Shown: one piece after another, positions 26,162-38,962 of the stretch | Layout: each line of letters begins with the position of its first letter | Numbering within the stretch: position 1 is the first letter of the stretch | DNA from: Eledone cirrhosa | Lineage: Eukaryota | Direction of reading: 5' to 3' | Assembly (NCBI GenBank): GCA_964016885.1 | Contig: OZ024740.1 | Location: forward strand, 96,658,001 to 96,722,000 | Length of the DNA: 64,000 nucleotides | Made by a program: the position numbers and the translations under genes | The notes under the pieces: generated by a model | What the model saw: the letters and a program-made list of their open reading frames with translations, nothing else | Databases searched by the model: none | What the model was told of the DNA's origin: nothing

Positions 26162-26645
26162 ATTGTTGTTGGTGCCCAAATGAATAAATTGTTGCTACAC
26201 ACTCACACACATACGCTCTCACATACCTATACTAAGACAGACATACAGAGACATATTTTGACACACACCTTTCTGTAATCACATTTGTATCTGTATATGT
26301 AGATGCGTGTGTATCTTTAATTGTGGGCTTGTGAAGATAAGTATGTGTACATATGTGTTTGTTTTTAATTCTCTGAGGCCTAACGTACGTAACTGACTTG
26401 CAAACATACACACTCACAGACAAAACTCATATACAAAGAGTGACGTCGTTGTCATCGTAACATCATGGTTTATTATAGTTCACTATAGAAAGGTTATTTT
26501 ACATAAAATGTTATATTGTTTTAATCCGAATGAAAATAAAAATTACATATTGACTTTCCCGGGGTCTAATAATTGCAATAGGTGATGTGATTTGGTCCAG
26601 CCGTTTGAGAATGTACAGGAACAGACAGCCAGACAGACATACAAA

Positions 26646-26734
<89 letters not shown>

Positions 26735-26797
26735 CTATACTTGGGGAGGGTCATATTTGAGTAATATTGCCAGAATTAATAACAAAACACACACACT

Positions 26798-26831
<34 letters not shown>

Positions 26832-27064
26832 CATACTTCATGTTTTATTTGTTTTGCAAATTTCGTATCTGAAAATATGTGTTGAAACAGATATTGTAAT
26901 ACTTTGACAGGGTCATGCTGCCAATAAGGATGTCGCAGAATGTGTGACGAAAGATATTTGACAATATGTAAACAACCTTCCGTCTATCGAACCAACTACC
27001 AACCACAAATTTATAATAAATTGAAGTGAAAGCCAACAGGTGCGCCTCTCTTTATTGACATCCC

Positions 27065-27197
<133 letters not shown>

Positions 27198-27955
27198 CTA
27201 GGATAACCTCCATACGGCTTCAGTCATTATGATATGTACAGGGCATACTCTAAAAATTGATTTGTGTGAGAAAATATGGCAGGCAAAATATTCCAAGTGT
27301 TCTTCAGGTGCCAGACAGGTACATGAATCTCTCTATGATTTGTGAGACGACAAATCGCACCTGTGAAACAGTTGATGTTAGGAAGGGTATGCATCCATAG
27401 AATATATTCCAAAGAAAAGAACGAGAAGAATCTTCATTAATTTTAGAATCGAGATACCTTCATAATACTGGAGTCATATTAAAATACAATGGATACACTA
27501 TCTATATGAAAAAGTACGTACGTAAATGTAATTCCTGGAATGCGGAACATTTCTAATCTGAAAGGTTAGTAGATATGAGTAAGTACTGACCCGGTCCATC
27601 TTCGCTTCCATAAAATGTGGACGTTAAAGGATTATATATAATGGCAGACAAACCACCCTTCAGTAAGACTGTGTTTCACTCTCTTCTGTAATAACTAAAG
27701 TATTTGATGCCATATATAAAAAGGATGATTTTATATATAAACTGCATCACGGTGAAATGTATTGCAATAGAAAAACGAGAAGATTAATGAAGGAAATATA
27801 GACGTTATGATATAAAGATGCAAATATATGAATGTCTATATAACTGGAAGTATTGACATTTGAAAATGTTAAAATAAGTGAATCTAAAAATAAGCAATCA
27901 TTATATATAAGAATATTTATGTTTAATCAAGTGCTACGAAATTTAGTACATGTAT

Positions 27956-28028
27956 TACGGGGTCGATAAAATAAAGTGCCAGTGATGCACTGGGTAATTG
28001 CTGGCCTTGTGGCTAAAGTAGAAACACT
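27956..28028 (+). mobile_element. SINE 3' fragment
   Basis: TACGGGGTCGATAAAATAAAGTGCC..AAAGTAGAAACA. Confidence 0.85.
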
Positions 28029-29956
28029 TATTTATTCAAATTAATCCAACTTATTTTACTAACGGGATAAAAAATATATATTCAGGACATAGCCCAGCAC
28101 TACTCCATCAATTCTATTATGCTAATATTCTGTCATTACAACAACATAGGTCCGACGAGCTTTTGATTCCGGTGTCGGGTCAAATCGATACAGAACGACC
28201 CTTGAGCTGATCAATAGCGAAACGCGTGACACCAATCTATAAACGTAATAAAGGCTTAACAAGTCATCTTTGTATTATATTATTTACACTCTGTTTAGCA
28301 CTACACCTCGCTACAGACGTTGACCTAAACATTTCTTTATTTATATTTCGAGGTGTTTGAATGAATTCGAGATGTTCGAATAAGTTGAGATGTTCGAGAA
28401 ATATTTAGCACTATATGACAATAAGGGCTTTCAATATTCGTATGCATGTTCAAATTGTAACAAAGTTATATATCTCTGTAAAATAACACTTGCACACTTT
28501 ATATTCCTTTTTTTTTCATGCTAACACATGTTTCACTTTTACATCAACAGTTTTCCACGCTTAATTTCATCTAGGGAACTGAACTATTCATCTTGTTTGA
28601 TCGCCATTTCAAATGTATATGAACACGAACCCGATGGATTGAATGCAACAATCTTTAGTACTCGATAATCGATTGGTTAAATGATACTAGATAATGACCT
28701 TATATGTGTGTCTGTGTGTGAGTGCGTTGTGTGTTCGTAAGCGTGTTTACTTCTGCGTCATTGTTTATGTGGTCGCATTTCAATTATTGAATTCAGTAAA
28801 TGGATATATGTGTTCGTATTTGCGCTTGATATAAATATGTGTGATCGTTGAGATAAAATAATTGATGTTTCACGTTGCTTAAAATACATATTTGCAACAT
28901 AAAAGTTTAAGACATACCAGAAATTGTGAATAGAAAGTGTATATACATTATATAAGACAACGATCTCAGTTTGCATAATTTTCTAACATTGTTAGAAGAT
29001 TAAAGAAAGTCATTTACTAATTAAAAACATAACAAATGTGAACTATAGATGAAATGTACATAGCAGCAAAGGGAAGTGAAAAACCGCTCATATAACGTAG
29101 CAATAACTGCATCTTATACATATCACAACAGTAAAGTAAACTTTAGATAGTCTCACCGAGAGTGAAACCACTATTAAATAAACCAAAGTATATAATGATA
29201 TATTTTTTTCATATTTTTCTCTCAATGAAAGCAAAACAGTGACTGTGATATTTAACATCAAACGGTGCGTTATCAAATCTGACAATATATAAACACACTT
29301 TGAAATATTTCAACATTGGTGTAGAGTCAAAAGCTGGCATATAGTATGAAATACATTACAAACTTATTAAGGCGTACAACAAACAGGACACTTTTTATTC
29401 TGTTATGTATATTCTGTCACCTAACGATTGCTTAAAGAGGAAATAGTAAACAAGCACGAATAGTATTATATTGCTTGAGGCATTATACATATTCCAAATA
29501 TTTCCGTATGGAATTACTTCGCTTTTTAATGTTTATATATAACGTTTCCTAGATAAATTGAATCATACGTTGAAACGGCGTCAGCCCAATTAACTGTACC
29601 AGAAACATAACAGGAAAGCTTATCTTTTACATACGCTCAATACATTAAATATTACACATACATACAAATGTACATACATTTGGAAATAGATACATATGTA
29701 CATGCATACAAGCAGACGGGCACATGGATATATTCAAACATATTAAATGGTGACTGCTGTTGTATACAGTCCGATATCCGGACTGCATGTCATGTACGAA
29801 GGCTACGTAACACACTATAGAAATGTTCTACAAAATCCAATAAGAATACATAAGATTACATACGAACAATTTTACATATTAATGTAAACCCTGTCCCTTT
29901 CTCTCACTCAGTCACACTTTCTCATTACCTGTCTCTCTCACTCTGCATATATATAC

Positions 29957-30054
<98 letters not shown>

Positions 30055-30077
30055 TTGTCTGTGTGTGTGTGTGTGTG

Positions 30078-30245
30078 TGTAATCTTAGTTTTTCGAATAT
30101 TAATAATAATATTCGATTCGTTTGCAAAGCCATGTCAGTATAATGAGGGGCTCATTCTACTGACATGGCTTTAAAAATGAGGCTTGTTTGCATAATTGCA
30201 AACAAATCGAACATTTGTATTAATATTTGAAAAACTCAAGTTACA
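30078..30245. mobile_element. Fold-back/MITE-like element with nested hairpin
   Basis: Outer imperfect inverted repeat of about 48 bp; inner 22-bp hairpin 30126-30147 / 30151-30172. Confidence 0.7.
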
Positions 30246-30300
30246 TTTATTGTATACAGCCAGGTAGAGCGAAGTTTGTTTTTTTAATTATATATATATA

Positions 30301-31640
30301 CTAGCAGATGTACCCGGCGTAGCTCGGGGTTTGAAATAATGCTAAGAATATACAGCTAGGAAGTAAAAGAAGAACATCATTTGTCCCCAACCTGTCAAAA
30401 TAAGCAGACGTCTTCAATAATTAATGCAAACGAATATTTAATGCAATCTGTGTATACATAAACTATGTTGATAAAGAAGGAAAACACTGAGCAGGATGTA
30501 GTTATACAGATGATTAAAGGCAATACACGTTGCACATCTGTAAAAAGACAGGCAGTTTTGCTAAATACAAAACGTTGTAATGAAAGCAGAATTGTATACA
30601 AACACAAAAACAATGAGAGTAGAATAAGAGAACATATATTCTTTGAGAGCATCCTTTGCTGTGTATGTTTAAATTTTGAACTTATAATCCGAAATATCCT
30701 GCATGACCTATTCATTGGTATGTTTTGTAATGAGTAAGGAGAAGTCAAGGCAGAGCTGTAATAAGTTTTTTTGTTAACACTAAAGCACTTCAGGATAGAC
30801 TATATTCTTTGTTTTTCTTTTCGGAACAAACGCAAAGAGATTATCTCTACTGTCAACTGGTGAGCAGGCAACGTAGAATTGTCCGTGCGAAAAGCAAGGT
30901 TCATCCAAGTGAATTCCAGTGACGGACAGAGTTTGACCTTGCGACTTGTTTATAGACATCTTAAAAGCAACACGAGGGGGAAATTGGGTTCGGAAAAAGG
31001 AGTAGGGAGTATCCACGTCTGATGTAGTCAGGCTAATTTTTGTTAATATAACATCCTCGCCTTTTCCACATCCGGATAGATTGGTAGCGTCAATACTAAG
31101 TGGAGACAGTTTTTTAACCACAAGTCGTGTACCATTGCATAGTTTTGGAGGAGTGATATTTCTCAGCAAAATAACTGGCGTTCCCTCTTTCAGAACAAAT
31201 GTATTTGGAGGTAAACCAGAAGGATTTAAAGAATTTAGAAATGTAACTGGATAATTGACCGCATCCTGTGGATCACATACAGTATCAATATATTCATATA
31301 TCCGTGGACATCCAGCAACATCATGTTTGCAACCCTTGCTGTAAATCCACCATCTTCGCGTCTTCTCCGGCGATATAGTGGCTCCCTGTCATGACCAGTC
31401 TGAGTGTCAACATGGCTTATGAAAGTTTAAAAAATGTAAAAGTTGTAGGTCCTAATGGTTTGAATGGAAAGTCCCATAACGATTGTTTTAAACATAAACC
31501 AACCATCATCAAAATCTCGTCAATTCGAGACGGCTGCGAGATTAGGCTCTTAACGCGAAAATTAACACTTAATATCGTGAAACTTTTCTGGTGGTAGGAG
31601 AGGGTGGTGATAGGGATATGTGGCGATCATTTGTTGATGG
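30301..31640 (-). mobile_element. Helitron, internally deleted
   Basis: Minus-strand 3' hairpin CCCGAGCTACGCCGGG then CTAG|T; helicase fragment inside; 5' limit approximate. Confidence 0.85.
30780..31318 (-). pseudogene. PIF1-like RepHel helicase C-terminal fragment
   Basis: FLNSLNPSGLPP, LLRNITPPKLCNGTRL, QFP..AFKMSINKSQGQTL, FSHGQFYVACS, TKNIVYPEVL. Confidence 0.92.
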
Positions 31641-32469
31641 ATTTAAAGAAGAGGAAATTCTTTAAAAGTTATATTTAGAGTAACAAAGGTAGAAAACAAA
31701 TTCAAGCTAAATATTTTCTGGAGTTAAAGCTATGGGTTTGCCCATAGAATAATTATAATAATAATAACAACAACCGTAATGATGAAAATGGTTTCTATTT
31801 ATGGGGGGAGTGAAATTTGATTATATCGACAGCAAGTGCGATACTAAACATTGTGTCCGATGTTCTACCGATACTGCCAATCCACCGACCCAGGAGTTGC
31901 AATAATGTTTATAATGATAATATGATACCTGATCCATCTTCCTGCATTATATTTCTTAAACACACAAAGTGATGCAATAACATGTCATTTATTCTATCGA
32001 CAAACATAGCTTTAACTCCACAAAACATTATCTTGCTGAGCTTGTAGGTTATGTTGAATAAACATATAGAGATAACACATTGAATATAAAACTGTGGATA
32101 AATATAGAGGGTCACCATTTGTCTACAAATCTCGGCTAAATCAGTTTTTTTTTTTTTTATAGCCCCATGTTTAATATAATATAAATATAATTTAAGCCAA
32201 TATATGTGACTAGAGCTGCTATCCCTGGAGCCAATGTACGACAGCAATAAGATTTTCCAATTAAAGAACAAGGAAAATATTTTTTTCAGTTGAAGGGGAG
32301 TGGGGGTATTTGTTGATATGAACATCAGTAAGTGAATGATATTTTCAAAGGAATGCAAAGTCGACCGCAAATGTAGTTGACAGCAAAATATAAAGTGTCG
32401 TGACTAAGTTCCGCTAAGTAGTATTTCTGATGCTTTAAAAATTCTACCAGCCAATACACAACTACGCGC

Positions 32470-32555
<86 letters not shown>

Positions 32556-33058
32556 GTATTAGAATTTTATTTCTCACCCTGTTTACAAACGAATCGAATA
32601 TTATTAGTGTTTGAAATAATACATACGTACACATGTGTGTAGGTATGCAGTGGCGGACTGGGTTGTCAGGAGATAGAGGGAGCCCACCCATATAGAACAT
32701 GCTATCGTTTAATTTTTATAATGAATAACTAACATTCTCAAAAGAATACATGAGTGAAAACTAAACAGTGCAATCAAATTTTTGCAGAAAAAAATGTGTA
32801 TTTTTTTACTAATTATACTGTATATATACAGTAGATATTACTGGCAGTATACTAAAGTAATACTAAATGTTAATACAGAATGTTATAATTGAGTTTTTAA
32901 ATAATAGTATAATGTATTGTATACTGTCTTACCTTCTCCAATAAAAAAGTATATACGTCCAGTGAATTTCAATAACGACCTTTAGTCTCTCCCAATCAAT
33001 GCATATATATGGAAGTGTGTGTATGTGTATACATGTACATGAGTATATAGAGATTTAC

Positions 33059-33163
<105 letters not shown>

Positions 33164-33250
33164 CACATGCTTTCAACTGAACACAAATGTGTAGGAAATA
33201 ATTAGATGAATTTATATGTCTAAACAGTCTCATTAACTGCTTTTGTACAG

Positions 33251-33359
33251 ACTTACACTGAAGAACTGACCACTAATTGATTATACATATGTCTTTAACC
33301 CATTGATATCAAAAACTATTTGGTCAGAAGCTCATGGAAGCTTGCGTGAATATGTAAGT
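33251..33359 (+). ncRNA. Degenerate type I hammerhead ribozyme in the PLE leader
   Basis: Stem I ACTTACA/TGTAAGT, CTGAAGA, stem II CTGACCA/TGGTCAG, damaged GAAA, stem III TCATG/CGTGA, TA just before stem I 3' strand. Confidence 0.6.
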
Positions 33360-33404
33360 ATACTCCCAATAGTTTGAGCAATAACCTTAACGCACGGCAC
33401 TAAC

Positions 33405-35780
33405 ATGGAAAAGCACCACATAGGCACGTCACTGAAAAAATACCTATACCTACAAAGAAGGACAATACACTCGGCATGATACAGCGTACTAATGATTTCA
33501 TCCGTCGAATCCTATGGAAGGCCTACCATTACGACAAAGGACACGCTAACAACACGGAGGAATTTACTAGGGAAAAATACGGATTCAAACCCTGCAAACA
33601 TCCACCAAATAACCCCAGCTCGATGCCCTCGAACTCGACCACATGAAGATGATAATTGGAACTAAATTCAAAAAACGGAAACACCACAACAATTTGCAAA
33701 ACGACATCAATGCACTGCTAAAAAAACTACGCAACACCAACGGTATAATAGTAAAAGCAGACAAAACATCAAACGTATACACCATGAGCCTCAATACATA
33801 CAATAACTTTATACGCCTTGAATTCCACAAAAAATACAAAAAAACAACAGAATCTGCACTCACATTAATAAGGAAGGACTTAGCATATTAAAAAAAATGA
33901 AAATATCTGATAGAACCGAGCTTCTAACCCCTGTAACCCCATATTTAACCTAAAGGATCACAAAAATAATTTCGAAATAGACTCCACAATTAGATTAATA
34001 TGCCCATCTAAGTCGGATATCGGTAGAATTAGCAAGTATGTACTAGATAGAGTAATCGCACACATTAAAGACAAACTAGTCATTAAGCTATGGGGAAACA
34101 CTAACGAACCAATAGACTGGTTCAGCAAAATAAACACTAGAGAACCATCTAACGTCGAACAGTTCGACTTTAATGTCTACTACTGATCCATATCCCCAGT
34201 CACCCTGGGTAAAGCGCTAAATCTTTGCACAGAATAATTCGGACCTTACCTCGGACGAAATTAAAATAAAACTAGCTGCTAGAAGGACTATAATTAGATA
34301 CGAAAATAGTTACTGGGAACGGAAAAACAGACAGAATAGCTTCGATATCACAATGGGATCTAACGATTCAGCGCAGGTAACGGACTTGGTGGGAATATAT
34401 CCAGCGCACAACTTACATAAGGAATTCAATAACATCCAAGGAGGAATTTACAGAGACGATACACTCTTTTAGCCAGAAACTTAAATAATCAAAACATGGA
34501 AAAATTACGAAAAAAACAGAGTATTCTTCAAATAACTCGGCCTAGGTATTACTTTCGAACTTAACTCTAAAAAAGAAAATTTCTTAGATGTAAGACTCAA
34601 CCTAAGCACAGGATTAATAGAGCCATTCCATAAGAATAACGAGAATCTAGCCTACATTAGTTATAACTCAAACCACCCCCGATCCATAATTAACTCCATA
34701 GCACATAGTATATCGTTCAGAATATCCCACCTATCTTCGAACCTAGAAATGTTTAACGAACACGCAAACTATTATAACATAGCTTTACATAAGGCTGGAT
34801 ATAAGGAGATCCTGGAATACATACTAGATAGAGTCAACAGCAACAAAACCTAACGACAACTACACTACCCGCAGCATATAGAAATAACAAGCAAAGGACT
34901 AAGCATAGGATTAGACAACGAGTACCAACAATAACTGAACCGAACAAAAAAACTACAGAAAATCCAGAGATAGAAAATACCTATGGTTCAATCCAATATT
35001 CAACTCCTCTATAAAAACCAAACTACCTTCTACACTCTTTAAACTAATAGATAAGCACTTCCCTACACTACACAAATACCATAAAATCTGTAATAGAACA
35101 ACTATAAAACTATCCTACTCTACTGCAGCCGACATAGAATAACACATACGTAAAATCAACCACAAAAATATATCTAAAGAAATTAACCTACCAACATACA
35201 CCATAGCACCAAATACAACACGCAAACACATAACAACATCACAACCACAAACTCATCAGAACACATCACAAAAAAAACACTAATAGGCCTAAATCACAAC
35301 CCAGGCACAACAACTTACAAAACCGCAACAGTGAACCTGCACACAGAAAACCCTCAAATTGTAATTGTCACCTACCGGATAAGTGCCCACTACAGAATAG
35401 ATGCCTGGATTCGAGTATGGTATACCTGTGTACTGTAAATTCAGGCAACTCTACTTGGCACTACATAGGGTCCCCGGCTGGGGAGTTCAATAAAAGGCGG
35501 TACGTCCACAGATACTCCATGAAGAACCGTAGACTGGAGAACTATACAACGCTCGCCAATCAAATCTGGCAGCTTAAAAACAAAAACCTATAATATAATA
35601 TTAGCTGGTCGAAATTATCGGTAGCAAGAGCCTACACCAACGGAATGTCCCACTGCAGACTTTGTAATTTAGAACTACTACATATTTTAAGGTACGATGT
35701 GCTTAACAGCAAAATAGAAAAATCAATTTTCTGTAGGCATAAAATAGCTACTAGATTCACAAACTTCAAACCACCATGAT
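33405..35780 (+). mobile_element. Penelope-like element P1 (RT + C-terminal GIY-YIG), decayed
   Basis: IRRILWKAY, VKADKT, LKDHKNNF..IRLICPSKSDIG, FDITMGSND, YRDD, NFLDV, SNHP, WFNP, CNC..CPL, YIG, CRLCNLE..CRH. Confidence 0.92.
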
Positions 35781-36771
35781 TTGAACCAGCAATCCCAAAA
35801 TTAGAACTGAACCACCTAGATTTTAGAATAATAATATATACCATCTCACTGCTATTAGCTGTCAAACCGCCAATTGGTCACTGGATTATAAATCTCTTAA
35901 CATCTCTTTCACCCTATCTCCCTGAAACAGCATCTACCCCATTAAGATAGAACAATCAGCAATACATTTTCAACAAACATCTGTCAAACGCCCTTCACCA
36001 CTAGCCCGTAAATATCATACATGTATCCCCCAATTAATCTCTAATTTATTGTTTTTTATTGTTTTTTTTCTTTTATCTGTCACCACATCAGTCCTTCTAC
36101 ACGTATCTATGTACATCTCAAATTTGGTTGTTCATGTTAGCACTAAACCCACCAAGGAATCCTTATAAGAACACTTACTCACGACTTACTACTAATATAC
36201 TCTGTACTTACATGCTCTCACTTATCCTTATTTATTATTTATATTTCCATTCTCTCATTTTCTTACTTTTTTAATGTAACCTATCTTATCTTTTACTTTT
36301 TACTTTTTACATCTGTAACTTCTCTACCTATTTACCATATGTGTTTTATTATTGATGTTATTGTTTTGATTATACACTATGTTTCTCTATAAGTCTTGCC
36401 GAGAGTGAATTATTGTTATATATTCGTACTGTGGCGTTTTGACAAGAGGTAAATAATGTATTGGAGTTCGAGTGACACAACTTGAAGCGATTAGCGAACT
36501 CTAGGCTCACCTGATCAACAACATAATTGTCAGTACTTTAAATAAAGCCCCTTGTTGTACAACCAACCATGTTACTCTTCATTATTTCACTATAGAAACA
36601 AATATTTCACTATTATTACTCCAAGTATAACCTGCAGAGATATTACTACGAACTCGCAGCATAATTATGGAAACATCTTGTTGAGACAAACAAAGCCGTA
36701 CGTTAAAACTATCCACGACGCAAAGTACTCACAACCTCTAACTGGATTTCCTATAACGATGACTTGTTATC

Positions 36772-36834
<63 letters not shown>

Positions 36835-36868
36835 TGTTATAAACAACATAAGATAATTAATTCATTTA

Positions 36869-37047
36869 CCCCCTGAAAGTCTAAGCAGATGCTTGAATTC
36901 ATAGAAACAGCAGTTAAATATTCCATAAATCTCACCATATAGTGTGAATAAACAGGAACTACAGTTGGAAACGTATAAACACTAAATGATGGTGGGCTTA
37001 CAATGTATTTGACAATATATCACTACCATAATTGGTGGCTTTACTAA
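36869..37047 (-). repeat. Left arm of an ~180-bp inverted repeat
   Basis: Reverse complement of 39880-40058 with scattered mismatches. Confidence 0.9.
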
Positions 37048-37416
37048 TATATATATATATATATATATATATGATACATTATATAAAATGGAAGATGAAT
37101 AAATATACATATATATATATATAAAAACAAATAACGAAACGAAATTAAATTTCGTTTCGTTTGTAACTCACTTTTGTATGACTGACGCTTAAACAATTAA
37201 GTTAAAGATGTACATCCATATATGTATACTGAAATACTAGTATGTATATGAATACACACACGTATACATATGTAGATGTACCAAGTTTTTTCACTGGTCA
37301 CTTTACTGTGAGTGGCCAGCTATTCTGTATGTAAACACACAGACAAACCGGTTTTTAGAGTCATACTGGTTTTTGAGGAAACACCTTTCCTCTATTCTCC
37401 AGAAAGCCAGACAAGG

Positions 37417-37461
37417 AATATTGAACTAGTTTCGTTGTTGTTACAACTCATCAGCAATATT
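37417..37461 (-). ncRNA. Minimal type I hammerhead ribozyme, copy 1
   Basis: Reverse complement of 38155-38199. Confidence 0.88.
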
Positions 37462-37883
37462 TACCTATCTTCCGGCCTCTCTAGAGAATCGTAAAAGCAC
37501 ATATCGTTATATGCTTTTTCTATGAAAATTAGTAGTGGGCAGACTAATTTGCATAGAGTGTGAGTAAGTACCGGTTCAACGGAGACGATAAAAACAAATA
37601 ACGAAACGAAATTAAATTTCGTTTCGTTTGTAACTCACTTTTGTATGACTGACGCTTAAACAATTAAGTTAAAGATGTACATCCATATATGTATACTGAA
37701 ATACTAGTATGTATATGAATACACACACGTATACATATGTAGATGTACCAAGTTTTTTCACTGGTCACTTTACTGTGAGTGGCCAGCTATTCTGTATGTA
37801 AACACACAGACAAACCGGTTTTTAGAGTCATACTGGTTTTTGAGGAAACACCTTTCCTCTATTCTCCAGAAAGCCAGACAAGG

Positions 37884-37928
37884 AATATTGAACTAGTTTC
37901 GTTGTTGTTACAACTCATCAGCAATATT
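37884..37928 (-). ncRNA. Minimal type I hammerhead ribozyme, copy 2
   Basis: Identical to copy 1, 467 bp downstream. Confidence 0.88.
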
Positions 37929-38154
37929 TACCTATCTTCCGGCCTCTCTAGAGAATCGTAAAAGCACATATCGTTATATGCTTTTTCTATGAAAATTAGT
38001 AGTGGGCAGACTAATTTGCATAGAGTGTGAGTAAGTAACGGTTCAACGGAGACGATAAAAACAAATAACGAAACGAAATTAAATTTCGTTTCATAGAAAA
38101 AGCATATAACGATATGTGCTTTTACGATTCTCTAGAGAGGCCGGAAGATAGGTA

Positions 38155-38199
38155 AATATTGCTGATGAGTTGTAACAACAACGAAACTAGTTCAATATT
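38155..38199 (+). ncRNA. Minimal type I hammerhead ribozyme, copy 3
   Basis: AATATTG-CTGATGA-GTTGT(AACA)ACAAC-GAA-ACTAGT-T-CAATATT; palindromic stem III; predicted cut after 38192. Confidence 0.9.
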
Positions 38200-38621
38200 C
38201 CTTGTCTGGCTTTCTGGAGAATAGAGGAAAGGTGTTTCCTCAAAAACCAGTATGACTCTAAAAACCGGTTTGTCTGTGTGTTTACATACAGAATAGCTGG
38301 CCACTCACAGTAAAGTGACCAGTGAAAAAACTTGGTACATCTACATATGTATACGTGTGTGTATTCATATACATACTAGTATTTCAGTATACATATATGG
38401 ATGTACATCTTTAACTTAATTGTTTAAGCGTCAGTCATACAAAAGTGAGTTACAAACGAAACGAAATTTAATTTCGTTTCGTTATTTGTTTTTATCGTCT
38501 CCGTTGAACCGGTACTTACTCACACTCTATGCAAATTAGTCTGCCCACTACTAATTTTCATAGAAAAAGCATATAACGATATGTGCTTTTACGATTCTCT
38601 AGAGAGGCCGGAAGATAGGTA

Positions 38622-38666
38622 AATATTGATGATGAGTTGTAACAACAACGAAACTAGTTCAATATT
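38622..38666 (+). ncRNA. Hammerhead copy 4 with C3>A core mutation
   Basis: ATGATGA instead of CTGATGA at 38629; otherwise identical. Confidence 0.85.
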
Positions 38667-38888
38667 CCTTGTCTGGCTTTCTGGAGAATAGAGGAAAGGT
38701 GTTTCCTCAAAAACCAGTATGACTCTAAAAACCGGTTTGTCTGTGTGTTTACATACAGAATAGCTGGCCACTCACAGTAAAGTGACCAGTGAAAAAACTT
38801 GGTACATCTACATATGTATACGTGTGTGTATTCATATACATACTAGTATTTCAGTATACATATATGGATGTACATCTTTAACTTAATT

Positions 38889-38959
<71 letters not shown>

Positions 38960-38962
<3 letters not shown>

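Larger units (their letters stand above)
25732..26650 (-). mobile_element. Non-autonomous Helitron with nested SINE
   Basis: Minus-strand 3' hairpin CCTGGGCAACGCCGGG followed by CTAA; other end has CCAGCCGTTT..(CAGA)n..TATA typical of short Helitrons. Confidence 0.65.
37121..38893. mobile_element. 467-bp HHR-containing repeat array, tandem plus inverted (retrozyme-like)
   Basis: Units start at 37121, 37588 and 38055 (partial); strand switches at 38089-38092; inverted copies run to 38893; (TA)n on both flanks. Confidence 0.9.

Noticed and set aside
37312-38771. Four copies of a 60-aa ORF (MASYSVCK...)
   Set aside because: GTG start, no recognisable motif, antisense to the hammerhead; a by-product of the 467-bp repeat.
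37121-38893. CRISPR array or simple satellite interpretation
   Set aside because: No repeat-spacer pattern, eukaryotic context, and the units carry ribozymes and invert.
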